Shown here piece after piece: positions 51,040 through 59,904 of a stretch of DNA of 64,000 nucleotides. Position 1 is the stretch's first letter, and each line of letters begins with the position of its first letter. This stretch comes from an uncultured Actinomycetes bacterium (lineage in GTDB: Bacteria; Actinomycetota; UBA4738; HRBIN12). The stretch lies in contig CAWAWO010000002.1 in assembly GCA_963785835.1 (NCBI GenBank), forward strand, positions 533,034 through 597,033. The letters are read 5' to 3'. The notes beneath the pieces were generated by a model. It did not search any database. It saw nothing but the letters and a program-made list of their open reading frames with translations, and was not told where the DNA came from. Position numbers and translations under genes: made by a program.

Positions 51040-52449
51040 CGGAGCACGAACGCCCGCTCCGGCTCGATGCCCCCCGCGAGGAGGCGCTCGAGCACGCGGT
51101 GAAACTCGTCACCGAGGCGTGGCGGTCGTTCGACCGGTTCCGTCCCGAGGAGCCGCCGCTCGACGAACGGGTCCGGCGGTTGCTGCGTTCCGGGCTTCCG
51201 CAGGAGCCGGCCTCGGTCCACGAGAGCCTGGACGACGCCGCCCGGATCCTGGACGAATCGATCGCCCAGCCTCGGCCCCGGTACTTCGCGTTCATCGGGT
51301 CGAGCGGGCTCGAGATCGGGACGATCGCCGACCTGCTCGCGCACACGTACGACATCAACCTGGCGGTCGACGCTCGCGCCGCGACCGAGATCGAGACGCA
51401 GGCTGTTCGGTGGGCGGCCGAGTTCATCGGCTACCCGCCCGAGAGCGCCGGCGCGTTCACGAGCGGCGGGACGATCTCGAACACCAGCGCGCTGGCCGCG
51501 GCTCGCGAGTTCGCGCTGCCGAAGAGCCGCTTCGAGGGGCTCGAAGGCCACCGCGTCGCCGTGTACTGCTCCGAGGAGGTCCACTACTCGATCACGCGAG
51601 CGATCGAGATGCTCGGCATCGGCTCGCGGAACCTGCGCGCGATCCCGCTCGGCCCGGATCGGGGGATGCGAGCCGACCTGCTCGCGCGAAGCGATCGACA
51701 CGGATCGCGGGGACGGCGTCACGCCGATCGCCGTGGTGGCCACCGCGGGCACCACGTTGACCGGCGCGATCGATCCGCTCGGCGAGATCTCGGACGTGTG
51801 CGAGGCCCGAGGCGTGTGGCTCCACGTCGACGGCGCGTACGGGCTGCCGGCCGCCTCCGTTCGGCCCGAGCTCTTCAACGGCGTCGAGCGGGCGCAGTCG
51901 GTGAGCGTGGACGCGCACAAGTGGCTGTACCTGCCCAAGGCATGCGGCATCGTCCTCGTCCGGCGGCAGGAGGACCTCGTCGCCTCCTTCGCGCACGAGC
52001 AGGGATACCTGCCCCACCAGATGCACGAGCTGCACGCCGTGGATATCACGTTCGAGTACTCGCGGCCGTTCCGAGCCCTCAAGTTCTGGCTCGCGATGCG
52101 AGCGCACGGGGCTGCGGCGTTCCGCGACGCGATCGAACGCAACCTGGCCGAGGCGACGCTGCTCCACGAGGCGATCTCGGCGGCACCCGACTTCGAGGCG
52201 CTCGGCGAGCCGAAGCTTTCGATCGTGCCGTTCCGTCACGTGCCCCACGGCGTCGCCGACCTGAACGAGCACAACCAACGCCTGGCCGACGCGCTCCAGG
52301 CCGACGGGCGCTTCTGGATCGCGAGCGCGCTGATCGACGACGAGGTCTGGCTGCGGCCGTGCTTCGTGAACTTCCGCACGACCGAGGAGGACGTGTTGGC
52401 GCTCGTCGACGTGGCCCGCGAGATCGGCGATCGGTTGGTCGGCTCCTAA
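51036..52449 (+). CDS. PLP-dependent amino-acid decarboxylase (group II, aromatic-L-amino-acid/DABA decarboxylase-like), with a frame switch near 51695-51705
   Basis: N-terminal half in ORF 50520.. frame (…GGTISNTSALAAAR…). After ...ADLLA it continues in ORF 51733..52449 (…IAVVATAGTTLTGAIDPL…HVDGAYG…SVDAHKWLY…). The start overlaps the GATase stop (ATGA). Confidence 0.8.
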
Positions 52450-52501
52450 CCCCGCGTCCGTCTACACTTCCCGCGCCCGACCACGAGGAGTTTCGCTAGA
52501 G

Positions 52502-52996
52502 ATGACCGAACCGCTCGTCGGTGTCGTGATGGGTTCGACCTCGGACTGGGACACGATGCGGCACTGCGCGGATCAGCTCGAAGCGTTCGGGGTGCCGTTC
52601 GAGGCGCGGGTCCTATCGGCGCATCGGACGCCGGACGAGCTCACGGACTGGATCGCCGACGCCGAAGCCCGAGGGGTCGAGGTCTTCGTCGCGGGTGCCG
52701 GGATGGCCGCCGCGCTGCCCGGCGTCGTCGCGTCGAAGACGACCCGGCCGGTCCTCGGCGTGCCGATGGAGACCAAGGTCAGCGGTGGGCTCGACTCGCT
52801 CCTCTCGATGGTGCAGATGCCCGGTGGGATCCCGGTCGGCGTCCTCGCGGTGGGGAAGGCCGGGGCGGTCAATGCCGCGATCCTCGCGGCGCAGATCCTC
52901 GCGCGGTCGCATCCCGAGTTCGACGAGGCGGTTCGCAAGCACCGCGACCAGAAGGCGACGGAGATCCTCGCGAACCGCGATCCCCTGGACACCTAG
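52502..52996 (+). CDS. purE: N5-carboxyaminoimidazole ribonucleotide mutase (PurE)
   Basis: 164 aa, VGVVMGSTSDWDTMRHCADQLEAFGVPFEARVLSAHRTP... is the classic PurE signature. Confidence 0.9.
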   Translation: MTEPLVGVVMGSTSDWDTMRHCADQLEAFGVPFEARVLSAHRTPDELTDWIADAEARGVEVFVAGAGMAAALPGVVASKTTRPVLGVPMETKVSGGLDSLLSMVQMPGGIPVGVLAVGKAGAVNAAILAAQILARSHPEFDEAVRKHRDQKATEILANRDPLDT

Positions 52997-53000
52997 GCGC

Positions 53001-53267
53001 GTGGCCTACCTGACGTGTCCGTGGTGCCTCACGCCACAACTGATCGCCGACGAGTCGGCCGAGTACCGCTGCTACACGTGCGCGGCCGAGGTGAGGTTCT
53101 TCAAGTGCGTCAACTGCGCGCTCGTGCAGACCGTGAGCAAGAAGTGGCGAGCGTTCACCTGCGGCAGGTGCGAGCGGAAGGTCGACCTGCCGCATCGGTG
53201 GGGGTACGACGTTGCGGCAACGGCGGCTCGTGTGGAAGGCACCGGGAAGTCCTGGCCTCCGCTCTGA
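53001..53267 (+). CDS. Small double zinc-ribbon protein (88 aa), hypothetical
   Basis: Four CxxC pairs (CPWC, CYTC, CVNC, CGRC) with a GTG start 5 nt after the purE stop. Confidence 0.5.
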   Translation: MAYLTCPWCLTPQLIADESAEYRCYTCAAEVRFFKCVNCALVQTVSKKWRAFTCGRCERKVDLPHRWGYDVAATAARVEGTGKSWPPL

Positions 53268-53287
53268 CGTTCGTGTGACGGCCGAGC

Positions 53288-54142
53288 TCAGCCTCGACGC
53301 CGGTACGCCCACCAGCCGAGGCAGGACGCGCCGAGTCCGAGGAGCATCATGCCGCCGAAACTCATCATCCCCCAGAGCCGCTCGATCTCGACGAGCGGCG
53401 TCGGCTGACGGTCCAGGAGCTCCCGCATCGCGGAGGTCGTCAACCCCGCGGCCTTCGCCCGAAGGACCATCGCGTCCTCCCACACGAACCAGACCATGGA
53501 CGCAACCACCGTCAGGCCGAGGCCGGCCGTCGTGACGAGGATCGCGAGCGCCGGATTCGCGATGCCCGGGATCGTCCATCCACGATGGAACCCGAAGACG
53601 CACCACACGAGCCCGAACGCCGCAAGGATGATCGCGAGCGCCTTCGCAGCCGTCCCGGCGAACGCCGCCTGACCCTTCACCGTCACCTGAACCCGGAGCG
53701 CCTCTTCGAAGTCGGTCTCCGGCAAAGAAACCGTGAGATGAACCCACGGGTCCGCCACGGCCAGGTACGCGAGGACACCTGCGACCACCGCGGCGATCCC
53801 GGCCCACATGATCCACAGGTCCGGACCGCGCGATCGACGGCTCTGCGGGAGCGCGCGGTGCGACTCGACCTCGGCCAGCGCGGACGTCGGTCCCGACGCA
53901 GGGGTGGGGTCCCAGGTGGCGCTCGCCGGGGCGAACGCTCGCGCGTCGGGGAGCCCCGTCGGTCGGGGACCTTCGGCGAGCGCGGTTGGGGTGGGGGAGG
54001 AACGGGCGGACGCGACCGCCGCAGCCGGGGCGCTCTCGGGCACCGCGTCCGGCTCGACCGGCTCGCGCAGGCTGCGGCCGCACCGTGTGCAACGGATAAC
54101 CGAATCGCGGAGCTCGGCCTCGCAGTGGGGACAGGCCTTCAC
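53288..54142 (-). CDS. Zinc-ribbon / Pro-rich linker / 4-TM membrane protein, hypothetical
   Basis: The start VKACPHCEAELRDSVIRCTRCGRSL gives a zinc ribbon, followed by a P/A/S-rich linker and four hydrophobic helices. It lies downstream of and co-directional with the MFS-cNMP gene. Confidence 0.55.
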   Translation of the reverse strand: MKACPHCEAELRDSVIRCTRCGRSLREPVEPDAVPESAPAAAVASARSSPTPTALAEGPRPTGLPDARAFAPASATWDPTPASGPTSALAEVESHRALPQSRRSRGPDLWIMWAGIAAVVAGVLAYLAVADPWVHLTVSLPETDFEEALRVQVTVKGQAAFAGTAAKALAIILAAFGLVWCVFGFHRGWTIPGIANPALAILVTTAGLGLTVVASMVWFVWEDAMVLRAKAAGLTTSAMRELLDRQPTPLVEIERLWGMMSFGGMMLLGLGASCLGWWAYRRRG

Positions 54143-54203
54143 TCCTGGGGTTTCGACGGACCCGACCTGCCGCTTGAGCCGGCGGCCGACGGCCGAACGG
54201 CGC

Positions 54204-55937
54204 TCACCCGCCCTCGCCCTCGTCCGGCCGCGCGGCGTCCAGTTCATCGAGCCGTCCCTCCGCGGCGGAGTGCGCGGTGGCGTGCGCCGTCTCGTGACCG
54301 GTGACGGCGCGAAGGAACTCCTCCCGCTCGAGCGTCAGCAGCCGCGAATCCGTAAGGGCGATGACGGTCGCGGTGCGGGGCACGTCGCGGAGCAAGGCGA
54401 TCTCGCCCACGTAGTCACCGGGGCCGAGGACGGCAACCTTTCGACCCGCGGTCGCAACCTCGGCCTGCCCGCTCGCCACGACGTAGAAGCGGTCTCCGAC
54501 GTCGCCCTCGCGGATCAGCACGGTTCCGGCCGGTACCGAGGAGTGCACGGAGTTCCGGGCGACGCGTTCGAGCACCCTGGGCGGGAGCGGCTCGAAGATC
54601 GGCGTCCCCCGCAGGAGCGCGAGGTCCTCGGACGGGACCCGGGCGCCGACGTCCACGCCCTCGATCCGGTGTCGCGCGGCGAACCCGGCGATCGGGAGCA
54701 GACCGCCCGCGATCACGAGGGTCCACTCCGCCCCGACGAAGGTGACGAGCACCGCCGCGACGAACGCGCCGAACCCTTCGGCTCCCATGTACGCGGATTC
54801 GAGCACCCCGTACACGCGCGTGAGCTTTTCATCGGGAACGAGGCGCTGAAGCATCGTCCGGCCCGAGACGTCGACGAGCACGCCGCCGCACCCGCTCGCG
54901 CTCAGCAACAAGGGCGAGAGTCCCGGCGCGGCGCCCATCGCCACCATCGGGAGTCCGTACAGCGCGGTGCCGGTTCGAAGAGCGGGGGACAGGCGCTCGC
55001 GTGTGCCGGCGACGAGCGCGATCGCCGCCCCGACGATGCCTCCGATCCCGACCGTGGCGTTCAGCACGCCGACGCCCGACTGTCCGGTTCCCAGGACCTC
55101 GAAAGCGAGCACCACGATCAGCGTGTCGACGAAGCCGAGCACGAACATGCCGAGCCCGAGCAGGAGGACCAGCAGCCGAGGGCGACGATCCGAGCGGAGG
55201 TATCGGAACCCCGCGCCGACCTCGCGCGTGAATGAGTGATCTCGCGCGTCGCGCGGCTCGGGGGCTGGTGTCCGTCGGATCCCGGCGACGAGCAGTGACC
55301 CGATGAGCAGGAGCCCCGCCAGCATCGCGTAGACGAACCCGGGCCCAGAGAGGTCCATCGCGCCCGCGATCGCGAAGCCCGCGGTGGCCGCCGTCGGGCC
55401 GAGGAAGACGCACACGCTTTCGATGACGCCGCTGGCCGTATAGGCGGAGGTGAGCTCGGCCGGCTCACGGACGATCCACGGGAGGAGGGCGCCGTGCAGC
55501 GGACGGATGAGCGTCAGGATCCACCCGACCGAACATCCGGCCGCGTACACGACGAGTGACGGCGCCCCGGAGAGCGCGGCGATCGCGGCCAGCGCGCACG
55601 CGATGGACATCGCGATCTCGGCGAGCAGGTACACGCGCTCGCGCCGGAACCGATCGCCGAGCACCGAGCCGAACGGCGCGATGAGCGCGGCGGGGATCAG
55701 TTGGACGAGGGAGATGATGCCGACCATCGCGGTCCCGCCGTCCTCGAACGCGAACACCATGAGAGCGATGAAGCTCGCCCACTCGGAGACGCTGAACGCC
55801 GTGAGCGCCAAAAGCGCCCGTCCCAGGTCCCGATTCCGGAACGAGGCCGCGAGCGCTCGGACCGAGACGACGAGGTCGTGTCGCAGCTCGGCGAGACCGG
55901 ATCTCTCGCCCCGTGCCTGGCTCGGATCCTCGCTCAC
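54204..55937 (-). CDS. MFS transporter fused to a C-terminal cyclic-nucleotide-binding (CAP-effector) domain
   Basis: 577 aa with 12 TM helices, then a cNMP-binding fold (…VLIREGDVGDRFYVVASGQAEV…GPGDYVGEIALL…RTATVIALTDSRLL…). Confidence 0.8.
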   Translation of the reverse strand: MSEDPSQARGERSGLAELRHDLVVSVRALAASFRNRDLGRALLALTAFSVSEWASFIALMVFAFEDGGTAMVGIISLVQLIPAALIAPFGSVLGDRFRRERVYLLAEIAMSIACALAAIAALSGAPSLVVYAAGCSVGWILTLIRPLHGALLPWIVREPAELTSAYTASGVIESVCVFLGPTAATAGFAIAGAMDLSGPGFVYAMLAGLLLIGSLLVAGIRRTPAPEPRDARDHSFTREVGAGFRYLRSDRRPRLLVLLLGLGMFVLGFVDTLIVVLAFEVLGTGQSGVGVLNATVGIGGIVGAAIALVAGTRERLSPALRTGTALYGLPMVAMGAAPGLSPLLLSASGCGGVLVDVSGRTMLQRLVPDEKLTRVYGVLESAYMGAEGFGAFVAAVLVTFVGAEWTLVIAGGLLPIAGFAARHRIEGVDVGARVPSEDLALLRGTPIFEPLPPRVLERVARNSVHSSVPAGTVLIREGDVGDRFYVVASGQAEVATAGRKVAVLGPGDYVGEIALLRDVPRTATVIALTDSRLLTLEREEFLRAVTGHETAHATAHSAAEGRLDELDAARPDEGEGG

Positions 55938-56024
55938 CCTTCGGCCCTACCTCCCGTGCCGGTGCATCAGACACGAGCATCATGGCAACGTGCAAGTGAG
56001 CGCGACCGCCGCGAGGATCGTTCG

Positions 56025-56057
56025 TGCGCCAGGGAGGACTCGAACTCCGACCCGCTG
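56025..56057. repeat. 33-bp copy of the 3' half of tRNA-Arg(TCT), an attL-like site
   Basis: tgcgccagggaggactcgaactccgacccgctg versus the tRNA 3' half tgcgccggggaggactcgaacctccgacccgctg at 57699-57732, with 1 mismatch and 1 indel. Confidence 0.65.
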
Positions 56058-56142
56058 AAGGGAAGGTTCCGTTCGTGGAGGATGCCTTGACCTCTCTGAC
56101 GGAGTAGCGGAGGGTGGCCGTGACGCGTCCGAGGAGGAGTCC

Positions 56143-56958
56143 ATGAGTCGACTCGGCAGACTCGTTGTTTCGATGATCCTGATCGTCCTCAGCATCGGTG
56201 CTGACACTGCAGCCGCCGCCCCGCCCTCGAACGATAGACAGGTAGGGGCGATCGAGGTCGGTCCGCTCCCCTTCACGCACTCGATGGACACCAGCGAAGC
56301 CAGGGCCAACGGCCCTCGATTCTGCTTTGCGGCTGCTTCGGTCTTCTACTCGTTCACACCCGATGCCACGGGCAGGGTGCAGGTCGATCTGCTCGGGTCC
56401 GAGTACGACACGACGCTGGGCGTGTACACGCGCACGAACACCGGGAGGGTTCGATCGCTCGCCTGCAACGACGATCGTTTCGGAACGTCGTCGGGGGTTC
56501 GGTTCCGGGCCCTGGCGGGCGTCACGTACTTCTTCATCGTGGGCCAGTGCTGCTCGGATCGTGGCGGAGGTGGTGGACCACTGGTCTTCACGGTCACTGA
56601 GGTCAGCAACGCCGCACTCGACTACGCGGTCGAAGTGTCGGAAGGATCGGCCGACCCGGCGACCGGGATCGCGACGCTGACGGGCACGGTAACGTGCAAC
56701 GAGCGTTCGATCGTCTTCCGAGAGAGCGAACTCCGCCAGCTCCGCCAAGGAATCTTCATCGCGCGGGAGTTCTTCGGCATCTTCGTGGAGTGCGTGCCTG
56801 GTCCCCCGATCGAGTGGTCGGTCGAGATCGAAACTGCAACGGGCATCGCTTTCGGCCCGGGTCCCGCGTCGCTGAGGCGCGGTTTCGAGGTCGCGACAGA
56901 TGGATTCAAAGACCTCATAGAAACGAACGTTCCAGATGAACCGATCACGCTCCAGTGA
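56143..56958 (+). CDS. Secreted protein with an N-terminal PPC (bacterial pre-peptidase C-terminal)-like domain and an unknown C-terminal domain
   Basis: GAGGAGGAG RBS and a signal peptide (LVVSMILIVLSIGADTAAAA). …CFAAASVFYSFTPDATGRVQVDLLGSEYDTTLGVYT…LACNDD…AGVTYFFIVGQ… matches the PPC pattern. Confidence 0.6.
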   Translation: MSRLGRLVVSMILIVLSIGADTAAAAPPSNDRQVGAIEVGPLPFTHSMDTSEARANGPRFCFAAASVFYSFTPDATGRVQVDLLGSEYDTTLGVYTRTNTGRVRSLACNDDRFGTSSGVRFRALAGVTYFFIVGQCCSDRGGGGGPLVFTVTEVSNAALDYAVEVSEGSADPATGIATLTGTVTCNERSIVFRESELRQLRQGIFIAREFFGIFVECVPGPPIEWSVEIETATGIAFGPGPASLRRGFEVATDGFKDLIETNVPDEPITLQ

Positions 56959-57000
56959 CGGTGGTGGACAGGGCTGCCCAGATGGCAGGAGGCGAAGATC

Positions 57001-57504
57001 ATGCGTAGGCGCTCAGGAATCGCCATCGGAATCATCGTAGGCACCCTCATCCTCACCACCGCTGCCCCCGCTAGCTCCGCAACGAGACTCCGTGTGTACA
57101 AGGGGGAGACATCGCAAGGGGAAGCCATCAGATTCAAGGTGGCGAGGACCGCGACGGGGCAGCGGTTCATCAGCGAGATGGATTATGGGGTGACGTTCAC
57201 CTGCGAAGACCAGACGACGCAGAGTTGGGGGATCGGGTGGGGTCTCGCGAGGGACTCGGCGCCGATCACCGACCGCGTCTTCTCGTTCGATGAGTCCTTC
57301 TCCGACATGGCCACGCATATCGCGGGACGGCTTGGGCCGCTGGCCGGGGAAGGGACGATGACCGTCACCATCGCCGCGCTCACAGAGGACGAACAGGCTC
57401 AGTTGTGCACGACGGGCGACCTCACGTGGGAGGTCGAGTTCGTCCGGGTCATCATGCGCTCCCGTTTCGAAGCCCCTGCAAGATCCGTCGTACGTGCCGC
57501 CTAG
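57001..57504 (+). CDS. Secreted hypothetical protein (167 aa)
   Basis: Signal peptide (IAIGIIVGTLILTTAAPASSA), no recognisable domain. It lies within the islet. Confidence 0.55.
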   Translation: MRRRSGIAIGIIVGTLILTTAAPASSATRLRVYKGETSQGEAIRFKVARTATGQRFISEMDYGVTFTCEDQTTQSWGIGWGLARDSAPITDRVFSFDESFSDMATHIAGRLGPLAGEGTMTVTIAALTEDEQAQLCTTGDLTWEVEFVRVIMRSRFEAPARSVVRAA

Positions 57505-57698
57505 ATCCGGTCGTGGAATTCGCCGAATTCGAGGCGCTGGTCCAGAAGCGCCTGGACGCGCTGGTCCCCTCGAGCTGAATCGCTCCACGTCCTGAGGCTT
57601 CCCGACTTCGAACGGGCGGAAAGGATCGCGGTGTTTCTGACCTGTGGTCGATTCGACTGCGGAATTGGACATCGGTGTCCACCTGCCAATTCAACTTG

Positions 57699-57773
57699 TG
57701 CGCCGGGGAGGACTCGAACCTCCGACCCGCTGCTTAGAAGGCAGCCGCTCTGTCCGGACTGAGCTACCGGCGC
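57699..57773 (-). tRNA. tRNA-Arg (anticodon TCT)
   Basis: 75 nt cloverleaf: acceptor GCGCCGG/CCGGCGC, D-stem GCTC/GAGC, anticodon stem GCTGC/GCAGC with loop CTTCTAA, T-arm GGAGG-TTCGAGT-CCTCC, discriminator A. CCA is not encoded. Confidence 0.9.
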
Positions 57774-57835
57774 GCGCTCACGATTCTAGGGGCTCTCGAC
57801 CACGGTGCAGTCCATGACGGTCGGTAGTCCGGGGC

Positions 57836-58273
57836 TTATGCCCGGGGGGAATCGAGGATCTTGCGTGTTCTCCGCGCCATCCCCTCGAGCAGTCCGATGG
57901 CCATGTCCGGCTCCTTGCGCAGCAGCTTCCGGAAGGCCGGACGTTCGATCCGGATCACCTCGAGCGGCGTGAGAGCCGTCACGGATCGCGTGCGTGCCTG
58001 CCCGTCGAGCAGCGCGAGCTCGCCGAAGAAGTCGCCGCCCCCGAGTTCGGCCTCGGTCCGGTTGCCTTTCCCCACCTTCACGCGGCCGTTCACGATCACG
58101 TAGAAGGCCTTGCCCGGGTCGCCGGACTTCACAACGACCTGGCCCTCGTGGTAGATGCGTTCGTCTGCGACCGCCGCGACGTGCGACAGCTGACGCTTGG
58201 AGAGGTCCGCGAACAGCGGGACACGGGCCAGGAGGTACGTCGTCGGCTGTCTCGTCGATGCCATTGGCGCCAT
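57836..58273 (-). CDS. Stand-alone cyclic-nucleotide-binding domain protein (CAP effector domain without HTH)
   Basis: MAPMASTRQPTTYLLARVPLFADLSKRQLSHVAAVADERIYHEGQVVVKSGDPGKAFYVIVNGRV...GGGDFFGELALLDGQARTRSVTA.... The ATG at 58273 is internal to ORF 57836..58543. Confidence 0.75.
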   Translation of the reverse strand: MAPMASTRQPTTYLLARVPLFADLSKRQLSHVAAVADERIYHEGQVVVKSGDPGKAFYVIVNGRVKVGKGNRTEAELGGGDFFGELALLDGQARTRSVTALTPLEVIRIERPAFRKLLRKEPDMAIGLLEGMARRTRKILDSPRA

Positions 58274-58344
58274 CGTGGCAGGACGGCGACCGCCGGGCAA
58301 ACGACGCCAGCCTCGGGCATGTGCGCGGGACGTAGGATGACGCC

Positions 58345-59904
58345 GTGCCGCGAACGGTTGCCTCCCTGATCGGCGGTCGCCCCGACGCCGAAGCGCCCGG
58401 CGGCACCCTCGACGTCCCGAACCCAGCGCGCCTGGACGAGCTCGTCTCGACGGCGGCGCTCGGCGACGCAACGACGTTCGTGGAAGCGTGCCGGACCGCT
58501 CGACAGGCGCAGCTCGAGTGGGACCGGACCCCGGCTCCGACACGAGGACGCGCGATCCAGGTCCTCGGCCGGCTCGTGGAGGACAACGCCGACACGCTCG
58601 CGCGTATCATGACGCGCGAGATCGGCAAGCCGATCACGGAGGCGCGCGGCTCGGTTCAGGAAGTCGTCGACACCTGCACGTTCTTCGCCTCCGAGGGGCG
58701 CCGCCTCTACGGCATGACGGTCCCGTCGGAACTCCCCGACAAGCAGCTGTTCACCTTCCGGAACCCAGTGGGCGTCGCCGCGATCGTCACTGCGGGGAAC
58801 TTCCCGGTCGCGGTCCCGTCCTGGTACCTCGTGCCGGCGCTGCTGTGCGGGAACGCCGCCGTCTGGAAGCCGGCGGAGTATGCGCCCGCGACCTCGGAGG
58901 CGCTCGGTCAGCTGTTCCTGCACGCGGGGTTCCCGCCCGGCGTGTTCAACATGGTGCTCGCCGACGGGCCGTCGACCTTCGAAGGGTTGTCGCAGGCGCT
59001 CGAGGCCGGTCTGGTCGACAAGGTCGGGTTCACCGGTTCGAGCGACGTCGGCCGGCGGATCGGCGAGCTCTGTGGACGGCACCTGCAGTCCCCGTGTCTG
59101 GAGCTCGGCGGCAAGAACCCGCTCGTCGTGATGCCCGATGCCGACCTCGACCTCGCCGTCGAAGGTGCGCTGTTCAGCGGGTTCGGGACGGCGGGGCAGC
59201 GGTGCACGTCGCTCGGGACGGTGTTCGTGCACGAAGAGGTGCACCACGAGTTCGTGTCGAGGTTCTCGAACGCTGTCGAGAGCGCCGCGATCGGCGATCC
59301 GTTGGAGGACGTCCTGTACGGGCCGATGATGTCGGCCCGGTTCTGCGAGCGGTTCCTGGGGTGGCTCGACTGGGTGCAGTCTCATCACGCGCTGAGCGGT
59401 TCGACCGCCACCGGACGGATCACTCGCGACAACCCGCGCGACGACTTCGTCGGCGATCCCGAGGCCGGGTTGTACGTGCATCCGACGATCGTCGACGGTG
59501 TCACGATGGACGACGACCTGTACAAGCAGGAGACGTTCGGGCCGATCGTCGGCGTAGCGTCGTTCGGCGACTTCGACGAGGCGATGGAGCTCGCGAACGG
59601 ACACGGCTACGGCCTGTCGTCGTCGATCTACACGACCGACCCGCTGAACGTGTTCCGGTTCCGCGAACGCGTCTCGGCCGGCATGGTGAGCGTGAACAAC
59701 TCGACCACGGGCGCCGAGGCGCACCTGCCGTTCGGCGGCAACGGGCGCAGCGGCAACGGCGCGCGCCAGTCCGGCGTGTGGGTGCTCGATCAATTCACGC
59801 GCTGGCAGGCGATGAATTGGGACTACTCGGGCCGGCTCCAGAAGGCGCAGATGGACGTCGGCGACGTCGCGGCCGATCCGTCCTTCCGGCTGTCCGAACC
59901 GTGA
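58345..59904 (+). CDS. NAD(P)+ aldehyde dehydrogenase-family protein
   Basis: 519 aa ALDH fold (…AAIVTAGNFPVAVPSWYLVPALLCGNAAVWKP…, …ELGGKNPLVV…, catalytic Cys in GQRCTSLG, …ETFGPIVGV…). Confidence 0.85.
   Translation: MPRTVASLIGGRPDAEAPGGTLDVPNPARLDELVSTAALGDATTFVEACRTARQAQLEWDRTPAPTRGRAIQVLGRLVEDNADTLARIMTREIGKPITEARGSVQEVVDTCTFFASEGRRLYGMTVPSELPDKQLFTFRNPVGVAAIVTAGNFPVAVPSWYLVPALLCGNAAVWKPAEYAPATSEALGQLFLHAGFPPGVFNMVLADGPSTFEGLSQALEAGLVDKVGFTGSSDVGRRIGELCGRHLQSPCLELGGKNPLVVMPDADLDLAVEGALFSGFGTAGQRCTSLGTVFVHEEVHHEFVSRFSNAVESAAIGDPLEDVLYGPMMSARFCERFLGWLDWVQSHHALSGSTATGRITRDNPRDDFVGDPEAGLYVHPTIVDGVTMDDDLYKQETFGPIVGVASFGDFDEAMELANGHGYGLSSSIYTTDPLNVFRFRERVSAGMVSVNNSTTGAEAHLPFGGNGRSGNGARQSGVWVLDQFTRWQAMNWDYSGRLQKAQMDVGDVAADPSFRLSEP

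Larger units (their letters stand above)
56058..57698. mobile_element. Remnant integrated islet (about 1.6 kb, lower GC) at the 3' end of tRNA-Arg, with no integrase retained
   Basis: It is bounded by the tRNA-Arg 3' end and a 33-bp direct repeat of it. It carries two signal-peptide proteins whose GC and codon usage differ from the flanks. Confidence 0.5.

Noticed and set aside
57501-57689. 62-aa minus-strand ORF between the second islet gene and tRNA-Arg
   Set aside because: It is short with a TTG start, lies within the predicted att/islet boundary region, and has no homology or RBS. It is probably a chance ORF.
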